Assembly (NCBI GenBank): GCA_003971905.1
Contig: RSEE01000001.1
Coordinates: 1,736,001-1,761,035, forward strand
Direction: 5' to 3'
Length of the DNA: 25,035 nt
From: Moniliella sp. 'wahieum'
Taxonomy: Eukaryota
Shown in pieces: positions 11,386 through 21,299 of this stretch. How positions within the stretch are numbered: position 1 is the first letter of the stretch; the number at the start of each line of letters is the position of its first letter. Under the pieces are notes generated by a model. That model saw only the letters and a program-made list of their open reading frames with translations, had not been told where the DNA came from and did not search any database. The position numbers and the translations under genes were made by a program.

Positions 11386-14254
11386 AGACCTTCAGGAAGA
11401 CTTCTGTAGGTCTGAACATCAGACAAAAAAACCATATATACTCCGTTGTTTTTAATAATAAACGAGCATGTTCCCATCGATCTATATGGTCCCTTCCGTA
11501 CGGCCGAGAGGTGATCGACGATCTGTGGTGTTTGCTTTTGAAGTCTCGCATTTTACCCTACATCGCGAATAATGTGCTGGGACGTGTTGTGGACGCAGAT
11601 GAGCGCCGAGCGCTGAGCACGAGCAGGCGCTCAGGCTAAGCGCTCAGCCTGAGCTCAGCTCTGAGTTGGGCTTCCGCGCCTGTAGGGCTTGCTGACCTGG
11701 TCGGCGCGTCTCGTGTATAGCACATGGCGACGCTCCCTCCTGATGCTCTCCTCCTTTGTACATTGACTATATTCTGGATTTGACCGTTCCCGTTCCAGGC
11801 TGTGCGTGTGGGATGCTTTCCCTAATACTTGCTCTGTGCTCCTTTCTGAGAGCCACTGAGTACTGATCTTGGTTCCTTATCCATTTCTTGGTTGTTTTTG
11901 TTTATATTCCTTCTAGATCATGCTTTTTGTAGGAACCTTCGCTTGATTCATATGTTCCTTTCCCCCAGCGGGTCATTTTGTCTTCTGTCTTTCTTTTCTC
12001 GGTTTGCATCAACGTTATCAACATATATCATTTTCTCAATCCATCCTTGCCCCAGCAGGCGAATTCCAGTGTCTCTCTCAGTTTACCCTGGCAGAGATCA
12101 CACCGACCAACAGCTTCCAGGTACCACCTCTTGTTCTTCCAGTCCCCTCTCGACTGAGCATCTATATTACGGTCGGTTTTCCAGTATCCGGTCTGCACCG
12201 TGAGCATCCCGCGTCGAGACATGCTACGAAAATTGAGCTATTTATGCCCCAGTGATTATCGATTATATTTGTGACAGGAGGGTCTGTCCTACCATGTCTC
12301 GTTGCCTGCGTCTCAACCTCCGAGCCAACCTTCCTGGTTCTGAGACTACAGGCGCGTTTGTTTCGCTCGTTCTGTTCAATTGTGCATGCTCAACCTAAAT
12401 ACCACGCGAGTCAACGCCTCGATTCCAGAGGCTTCACCTCGTCTCTCGCTCTCCGTTCCGGGATTCGTTTCGTCGTTTACTGTGTTCAGATGCTCGATCA
12501 ACTGTGAGTTGCCTCTCTTCTTCCAAGAGAAAGCACGTTTTACATTGTGGATCGGACCCCAGTCCGGGCTTTGCCGAGATGACTCGTGTCTGGGGTCTGT
12601 AGGGGGGGGTTAGGGACTGTTGTATTCGTAGTGTCCGTTACGTGTGTGTAAGACGGTACATATATACGGGGGTCAACGCGACGCCGCGCCAATTTAGTAC
12701 CAGACTCGCTTATCCGTTGCGTGTGCTAGCTTGTGCCAACTCAATCAATAGGCCAGTGGTGATCTCATACATCAGCAGGTTGGAATGCCCTGTGGCTCCC
12801 CCGCCATTCGTTTCCAACTGGATGTTTTGTCCAAGTAGATTCGAATGCGCGCAACCATCATATGAGCGATGAACCCCTTGTCCCGTGAGATTCTCTCCCA
12901 GTGTGTCCTGGCACTTTGTTGGCCGTCTTGCCGGCATAGAGTACCCCTCGTTTTGAGGTGTAGTGGCATTACATGTGAAACCACTTGACTTATAGCTTTA
13001 TCGGCAAAGTCGTTTAGGTATTAAGCGGAGCTATAGTAGTACTAGCAGTACTATAGTAGTTGCACATGTTCTCCGCCCGCTTGCGCGCTTCGGATTGAAT
13101 ACCATGGCGCATTGCGCCCCTCCTTCTGTTTCTCCCGGTTACACTCAGGTCAGATTAGGGTCACATGCATCACAACAGTAGCTTACACGACTCAAATTAT
13201 GTCTCTTGTAAAACTGTTTCCTCCCTGTCATGGGCGGGCGTCGCCAGGGGGCCCGCCCTGGGGTTTTTTTGGGGTACAATCCCTTAGGCGACGGTAGGTC
13301 GACTCACGGTAGTTTCGGGCTTGGGCTGGTTGGTGTATCCGAGCGGAGCTATTAGGGACGAGGAGAGACCTTTGGTGGGGCGGCTACACGTGTGGCAAGG
13401 CTGCGTCTGCACCGGCTTGGGCCGTAGTAACGTGTGTGAAGCCTCCGGGACTTAGGGACGGGAGGAGGAGACAGCGGCGGACAAACACTGCCTCAACTGA
13501 GACTGGAAATCGACGCGGCCAGAGGAGGGCTCGCGCGACTGGACTGACGAATGGCTGGAGGACGAGATCGGAGGAGATGTCGGACGCTAACAAAAGTAGG
13601 CTGCCTGTACTGGATCAATTGGCTGGAAAACGGGCAGGAGTCGGAATGGATAGGCGAGAGGGTAGACGAGGGGTTGAGACGAGAATGGAAGGTGATGGGG
13701 GAAAAGATCCCCATCAACCAGGGGTACAGGCAGGATCAAAAGGGAAACGGATACAAGAGGGGGTGTAGAAAGGAAGACATGTCAAAAGCGGGGTTGATCG
13801 CCACAGGCGCGACCGAGAAAGGAAAAGGAAACGGGGACGGGGCGACAGACGTCGCCACGGCACTGGAAGCTCGGTGGCCTGATTTAGGCCGGCCGACTTG
13901 GACTTGGGCGGGGGGCGACTATATTGTCGCACGGAGCATGGCCCTTCTCGGCCACGATACTTAATTTAGCCAACCACTGTCATCACACTTGGTTGGCCTG
14001 CGGAGCACGCTCTACTGGGCATGTGCGGAGCAGGCGGGCCTTAGCTTCGGTCGGACCATCTCGAGTCCGCCGCAGCCCGTGACACTCCCTGAATAGGTGC
14101 AATCGTCCGTAGTTATGGGAAAGCCCACTGTCGGTTAACGGACAACTGCGGTTTGGGGTAGGCCGGTCAGCCCCCCGGTGATCGACGACTCGTCCTCCCA
14201 CCCCTCGATCTTCCTGCATATGCACGTGCTCTCAGCAGAATTCCTTCAGTCTCG

Positions 14255-17210
14255 CCAAACGTTAACGTTTAACGCGCCAACGTTCAACGTACGATCAATG
14301 TGTACTAGTAACGTGTAACGTGTAACGTTCAACGTTCAACGCGTAACACATGTGAGGATCGTCAATTCCTATAATATTTTTGAGAAACGTTGGTTCTTTC
14401 TTTCGCTTAAGGTTCTCACGCCTTCGGCTTCAACACCTTCAAGCTTCAAGCTTCACAAGCTTCAAGCTTCAAACTTCACATGTCACAAGCTTCAAGCTTA
14501 TTCATGCTTCAAGCTTCAAGCCTTGGAGCCGCTAAGTGCTCTCAATGCTCAACGTTCAACGTCGTACCCAGGACCCAACGCCCCTAACGTGAGCTCTTGG
14601 CCTTGGAGTGTTCGAGTTGTGGTTCAAGCTTTTTTCTCCTTCCCCACAGCTTCTCATCAGGCCGCTGGATCGACGGTGTGTTGTCCGTTGGTGGTTTAAC
14701 TACATCCCATCTGCAAGTATGATTCACGAGTTACCATATGTGGAGATGGAGATTCTCGAAAGCACTTGGGCACCGACATCTCAGCTGCCCGCGGTATACC
14801 CCGCCCTTGATATTGGAATTGAGAGGCCTGAGATCTGAGAGTTGACCTTCAAACGTTGGTTGAGATCAGAAGAGGTGGATCGCAACTTCGCCAGGAAACG
14901 GGGCGTGAACCCCCCCGGGAGATTGATAGTGACTAGTGACTAGTGACTAGTGACTAGTGACGCTTGACGAGGATGAGCGTGAGCTGATTTCGATCGGACA
15001 AGGGAACAAGAGTGTTATACGAGGGGCGAAGTATAGGCAGAAGGTGGGGCTGGGGAGAGACGGAGTTGAAGAGTGGTGTGGGTGTGGCCAAAATGACGGT
15101 AGCCCCGATGGTAGGTGGCACAGTGTCAGCTTGCCTGTCTCGCGGGGAAGGGAGGTTCGACTGCTCGCGTGTAAGGCCTGTAAGGCCATAACGCGCATAA
15201 CGTGTATAACGTGCATAACGCGTAACGCCTATGGCCTTTTTGTTCTAAGGTCTAAGATCTAAGACGGAAAGATGGGGTGGGTGTAGTGGCCGTTCTGAAC
15301 GTTGAACGTGCTGAACGTTCAGTTGAACATCGAGAGCACATGATGCATGATGCGTGACAGGACGGAGCGGGCGGGCTGATGCACTGATGAATCATTGCGT
15401 GGTTGTGTACTGAGTACCTCAGTACTGACGCGTAACGCGTAACGTTCCAGCGCCGGTACGACAGTTTATCCTCAAGGAATCCAGCGCTGGCGCCATCCCA
15501 CACATGTCGTACAACAGCATGGATGGCCGGATCGGAATGGGGGGAGATGTGGGTCAATAAAATTGACACGGTCGAGAAGCGATGATCGATGATCGATGAT
15601 CGATGAACGATAATCGATAATCGATAATCGCGCATCATGCATCATGCATCATGTAAGAAGACGACAGGCGATCGATGATCGACGACATGCGAGTGACATG
15701 CACGCGACATGTCAGATGATCGATGATCGATTAATGATTAGGGAGATGGGGGATTGGTGACCAGTGATCGTCACTGTTGGCCTGAGGGGCGCCTGCGCCA
15801 CACTCCTGTTGTGCGTTGCTGAGGCTGAGCGCGCTGGCTGAGCGCTCAGGCTCAGGCTGAGCCAATTGGCCAATGTGACCGATGATCGATGACCGGTGAG
15901 CCTGGTACGTTTGAACACGTTTAGTATTTAACGTTTAACTGTTACCGGTTACCGGGTACAGTTAGGTTACGCGGTTACGCCAGTTACGCTTACGCGTAAC
16001 GGGTTACCTGGTTACGTATCTGCTGGCGCTGCGCTTGAAGCTTGAAGCTCTTGAAGATTTGAAGGTTGAACACGTTGAACGTTGAAGACGTTGAAGCATG
16101 AGATCTGACAGCTTGAGCTGGTGCGCCGAGCCTGCTTGAAGCTAGAGCGCTTAAAGCTAGAGCGCTTGAGCGTTCAGGCTGAGGCGCCGAGGCCATAGCC
16201 TGAGGCCTGAAGCTTAACGCGGGGACCTCCGCAGCGGAAGTGCAACGTACCTGCAACGTTGCCCCGCAAATCTTGGGCTGTTGGGGGGGAGAACGGGCAC
16301 TGTAGCACTGTGGGGAAATGTGACATGAGAGATGTGAGATGTGAGATGTGGACATGTCAGAGTGACGTGTGATGCATCTGACGTGACGCGTGACGCGTGA
16401 CACTTCCCGTAAGGCCGCAGAGCAGCACACAGGGCGAGTGAGCGCTGAGCGGATTTTACTCTGAGATCTGATGGGCCTAGGTGCGGCCACGGCAGCTCAG
16501 CTGAGCGGCTCAGCCTCAGCGCACTTGGAACAGAACGTCACGCGTCAGGGCTTCTGGCTGCACGCCGTACGTACGGGAGGGCTAGTAGAAAGGGAGGGGA
16601 TAACGCGCAACGCGTTTTGCTAGCGCTATGCGTTAGGCGTTAGGCGTTCGTAGTTACTAGTTACTAGTTACTAGTTGGTAGTACCCGCTCGTTCCTGGTC
16701 CTGGTGTAGGTACCAGCTGGTACTGCCGAGCGCCACAGCCTACCGCCTCAGACCGCCTTCCCGATCTCAGATCTCAGTTAGCCGACAAACTGTCGTGCTG
16801 CGGCGGGCATGGCGACACTGTGCGGGCGCGTGCTGGGTTCAGCTGCACCTGTGCGGTGGTTGAACGTTGGAGGTTGTGCAGTGCCTGACGCGTCTGACGC
16901 GTGACGGCCTGGACGCTACGATGCAACATGTAAAACGCAGTAGCACTACTCATACTCAGTACTGAGTTACTGGTGCAGACTGCGTTCGCTAAGCGTTACC
17001 GTAAAGCCACTACGCGTAACCGTAAACCGTTTACCGTTACGCGTTAACCTCATTGCCCTGAACGTCTGAGATCTGAGATCTGACATCTGACATCCGAGAT
17101 CTCAGATCTCAGATCTCTTGACGTCCACGTACCGTCACATGTCACACGTCACGCGTCACGCAGCACTTCATCATCCATCATCGTCATCTGAAGCTTGAGC
17201 TGAGCGCTTG
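14255..17210. repeat. Non-coding region densely patched with diverse 7-bp-period, palindrome-containing micro-repeats
   Basis: (AACGTTC)n ~14258-14345; (AAGCTTC)n ~14435-14522; (TAGTGAC)x5 14927-14961; (GATCGAT)n ~15580-15735; (GTTACCG/GTTACGC)n ~15940-16015; (TTGAAGC/TTGAACG)n ~16035-16098; (TAGTTAC)x3 16651-16676; (TGAGATC)n/(GATCTCA)n ~17066-17117. Confidence 0.8.
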
Positions 17211-17403
17211 AACCTTGGGCCTTCCCACTCGCGTCCCCACTGGAGCTGTGTCGTCTTGCTTGCTCTGCGCTGCCCTGCCTTGCCCCGCTCAGCCGATATA
17301 TATATCCGCATCGCTACCGCGCTGCCCCTCACTGCCCCCCCCCTCGTCCTAACGCCTCACCCCCCCCCTGCTTCCTCCCTTCTGCCCTCCGCTCACACAC
17401 GCC

Positions 17404-18171
17404 ATGCACACACACGACCCCCCTCGACCTCTGTGGGCCTCCGGTGCTCAGCACCAACTTGCTGGGTCTTTACCTGGAGGGCGACCTCCCCATGGTCTAC
17501 TCTCCCCCTGCTCCTCCCCCACCAGCCGCAGCCTGGCACGCGCCGCCTCGGACCCCGCCCCGATCTTACCCCCTACTCTGCCCGAGCCTCGCAAGCGGCC
17601 TCCTCTCGCCTTGCCCCGCATGTCTTCCGCCCATCCCCATGCCTTCCCCACCCGCTCCGCATCGCCCCCCGTGGTGTCGGGCAGCCCCCCCGACTGGCAC
17701 AGCTTTTGCTTCTCAGACGCTGCTCCGTCCCCTCCGAGCGAAGAGCAGCTCCCCGTGATACCCTTGTGCGCAACCCGCCGGGGCCGCAGGTCGCTTGCTC
17801 TCCCTCCTGCCGACCTCCCGCCTGAGCCAATCCAACTCGACACCTATTCCGAGCCTCCTACGGACGACCAAACCGATCTTGATGCCGATCCCCTTGTTCC
17901 TGCCCACCACCCTCCTCTCCCTTCTTCCCCCGCCTCATCGTCGGCCCACTTCCCCTCCTCCTTGAGCGAGTTACCCACCCGACCTTCCTCCCCCTCGGTT
18001 TCTCACTTTGGACACATGTCCACCTTCTCCTTCTCCAGCGCCTCTTCTTCGGCCTGGACGTGTGGGACGCATGCAACCAGCACTTACTGGCCCTCGATCT
18101 CCTCCCGCTCGTCCTCCTTTAGCGCGCCTTCGGAGCCCTTTTTTGTCGTCGACAATGGGTCGGCCCCGTAG
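17404..18171 (+). CDS. Hypothetical Pro/Ser-rich low-complexity protein (boundaries uncertain; may continue via frameshift/intron to ~18600)
   Basis: 255-codon ORF in GC-rich coding-like sequence free of the heptamer repeats. It is preceded by an ATATATATAT box (17296-17305) and a pyrimidine-rich leader like those of the real genes in this window. No recognisable domain. Confidence 0.4.
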   Translation: MHTHDPPRPLWASGAQHQLAGSLPGGRPPHGLLSPCSSPTSRSLARAASDPAPILPPTLPEPRKRPPLALPRMSSAHPHAFPTRSASPPVVSGSPPDWHSFCFSDAAPSPPSEEQLPVIPLCATRRGRRSLALPPADLPPEPIQLDTYSEPPTDDQTDLDADPLVPAHHPPLPSSPASSSAHFPSSLSELPTRPSSPSVSHFGHMSTFSFSSASSSAWTCGTHATSTYWPSISSRSSSFSAPSEPFFVVDNGSAP

Positions 18172-18904
18172 GCTCAGTTCGTCGGGGATCAAGAACTGCC
18201 CCTCGCTGCCGCGCAAGGGCTATCCTTAGCCCCCCCCCCCTCCCCTCGCTTTCTCCCCGTTTTGCCGTCGCGCTCGCTTGTCCTCTTTCCCAGAGGGCAC
18301 CAGGGTCGTTGACCTTTACCCCCCCCACCCCCCTGCAAGGCCGGGCGTGTAGTGTGCCGAGGGACATGGATCGATGCTCCCCACGGCACCAAAGTAGGCA
18401 GGGTCGAACGGATCCCTCGTACTACCTGGCAGTCGGGCCCGATGCAATGCAAAGCAACCATGGGCCGGGGGCTGCCTCATCGTATCGATGTGCATCCTGG
18501 CGCGTATGCCTGACCCATGACCCGCCTTTGACTCCTTCTCTTTCTCTCTCCTACGTTGTGACCTCGTACGTTTTTGACCCCGAGGCCCAGGATGGCCACC
18601 ACCACCACGGGCACGGGTCGACCGCTGGACCGCTCCAGTCTGTATTTTTACGTTTACTACCCTTTTCTTCCCCATGGCCTTTTCTCTGTTGGGGTTTCCT
18701 CCTATTTCCCGATTCGTCCCCCACCGTCCTGTCGCACGCCAGTACGGTGTGGCTTCCTTCCGCCCTGGAGGGGATATGGATTACGGGTGGGTCGGGTTGA
18801 CGCAATCGGGCCATTTGGAACTCCCCACCCCCCACCCCCAATCTGGATTCGCTTGGGTCGGTTGCTCGTGGCTACCCTTTACACGAAAGCGAGTAAACGG
18901 ACCC

Positions 18905-20900
18905 TTGATCCATGATCTATGATCCATGATTCATGATCCATGATGTGAGGCCGAACGTGGGATCGGTTCCCCTTCGGCTTGATATATTTTGCGTTGGCTT
19001 GTGCTCTGCGCTGCACGCTTCTGCTTTTTCTTTTTTTTTTCTTCTTCTTTTCCTTTCCCTTGGCTTTTGTATCTTCGGCGTGGCTAGTGGGCCCAGTATT
19101 ACCGAATGATCCCCCTCCCCTCCCCCAGTTTTCTCCACGCCCCGCGATGTATTTGTACTCTTGTATGTCTCCTCGGGCCTCAGGCCTCACGTCCCGGCGC
19201 CGTCATCGCCACTGCCATCGCCCCCGCCTCCGTACCCCATTGTGGGCTTATCGATTGAAGAATATCGATATCACGTCGATTTTGTGGCTATAGCGTTTGC
19301 ACACTTATCAGGCAAGGGGGCCACTCGGGCTAGCGCGGGGTGGAGAATGGGTAGGTATTTGCAAAAAGATCATATGGATCAGTCGATCCTGGCACACCGG
19401 CTTACTCCATTACTGTGGGGCTTTGGAAACAAGGATGGCTTAGGCTGGCCCACCCGAGATCAGGCTCACCGCACAGCCGATCCGAACGCCTTTGACGTTT
19501 GACGTTTGACGCTTGACGACCTTGACGCTTGATGAGATTTTTGATACTTGAGGATGGGCTGGGTTGGTGACCCGGTGACATCACCTACGAAGACAGATCA
19601 GCCGGTCAGGTGGCCGGGTAAGATCTAAGACCTTGAAGCTAAGGGTTCCAGTGAAGATGGAATGTGGCCTGTAGATGGCCTATCCCCCATCCTTGCCAGC
19701 CGCCACAGTATAGGTGGCTTTCAATGATGATGAAACTCAAGAAGCTCAAGCTTGATCGACTTGATCGCATGAGCTTAAGCGCAAGGTCAAAAGCTCAAGG
19801 TCGCCAAGTGAGCACCTGAAGTGTCTTACATACTATGTTAACGTGTTAACCCCGTGGATATATACCCGATGCCTTAGGTACTAATAAGTACTAAGTATTG
19901 CCTTGATAGGCTGATAAGCGCTGAGCTGCCCAAGCTTCTGCAACCTATTATGCACACTACCACACTGCATGTCCTAAGTAAGTACCGCTTGCAAGCTTCA
20001 CAACTCCATCTCCTTCTCAACTCTTGGAATGTTGAAGACCAGAAAGCAGCAGGCGGTTGATGGGTGTGAATCGCATTGCACACGTGCTTCAGAGGCTAGA
20101 GTAGGCTATTCTTTCTGGGATATAATCGATAATACTTCTGTCCTCCCGGACGGAATATTGGAAGGATCGAGTGCACCAGGAAAAGGACTCGAGCTTGGGC
20201 TACCGGCGCCACTACACCAAGGTGGCGTCACATGGACCTTGGACCTTGGACCTTGGACCTAAGGCCTAACATGTTACAACACACATCTGTGAGGTGGTAG
20301 GCGGTAATACTTTACCTGGCCCCACCAGCTGGTACGTGCGGGGTGGGTCCAGGTGTTGAATTTGCACCCGTGTCGGGTGGCGGCAGTGGCGGCGCGAGGT
20401 TGGCTTGCCGGCGAAGCAGCGTCAGTGGCGTGAGGCGTGAGGCATCCGCTGGCGTCCCGCGGTCCCCACTCATTAATCACGCGTTCAGGATCGGACGGAT
20501 CAGGCCGATCAGGCCGTCACGCGTCAGGTCTCAGTGTCACGCGCCAGGCCGGTCAGCGCGGTCAGCCGGCCAGATGATCGATGCCGATGATAGATGTCGA
20601 TGACTCGATGACCGGTGACCTCAGGTGTGACATGTGACACGTGAGCTGTGACATGTGACATGCGAGCGCTTGGCGCTGAGCCCTTGCGACACGCCTGTGT
20701 GCATGTGACATGTGGACCCTTGTGACATGCGACATGCACGTGACATTGACCGGTGACCCTCGCGTGCTGAGCGCTGACGTGTCACTAGTCACTGACAGGC
20801 TGAGCCGCTCGGGCCGAGCGCGTCGGTGAGCCTCGGCCTCACCGCTGAGCGACAGTGGCGGGGGCCCCACTGGGGCCTGACCTGACGCGGACGTTAGCAC
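18905..20900. repeat. Second non-coding region with 7-bp-period micro-repeats
   Basis: (TGATCCA)n ~18907-18944; (TTTGACG)n ~19491-19533; (TGGACCT)x4 ~20232-20260; (GTGACAT)n ~20625-20746. Confidence 0.7.
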
Positions 20901-21067
20901 GCGAGCAGCGTCCTCTCGTGTACGTATGGCATGCTACACGTGGGCCCTGGATCGGCTAGCCTGTCCAATCTGACATCGAGAGAATCAGTGTATGCACTGT
21001 GCATTAATCAGACGAGAAAAAGGAAAAGCCCTGGGAAGCCACGGTCCTATGCATGCCCTGAACCTTG

Positions 21068-21299
21068 TGATGAGACCTGGAGTCCAGATGGTCCTCGAGG
21101 GTGATGCAATCGCACTAGTGGTGGTGGTGGTGATGGTCTAAGCCAACCAGCAACGCCTACTGAGGAACACCAAGCAGCGAGTCGCCACCAGGGCTAAGCT
21201 GCGGAACAAGGAAAAACAGGAGAGAAAAACAACGGAACTCCTAGGCCTGAGGAGGAACTGAAGGGACATTGGCCAAAGCACGAGCCACCTGGCTCAACA
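21068..21299 (-). repeat. Putative 3' LTR (232 bp) of the copia element
   Basis: On the minus strand it begins TGTTGAG (21299) directly after a G run (PPT-like) and ends CTCATCA (21068): a 7-bp terminal inverted repeat with one mismatch, TG...CA. No second LTR in the window to confirm. Confidence 0.6.

Noticed and set aside
13232..13269. GGGCGGGC...GCCCGCCC hairpin followed by a T run (terminator or Helitron end)
   Set aside because: Intrinsic terminators are not relevant in a fungal nuclear context, and no CTRR Helitron end follows the hairpin.
14352..16863. ORFs within the heptamer field
   Set aside because: Translations only mirror the micro-repeats (e.g. KLQASNF, ITRITCIT, SSIIDHR) and show no coding signal.
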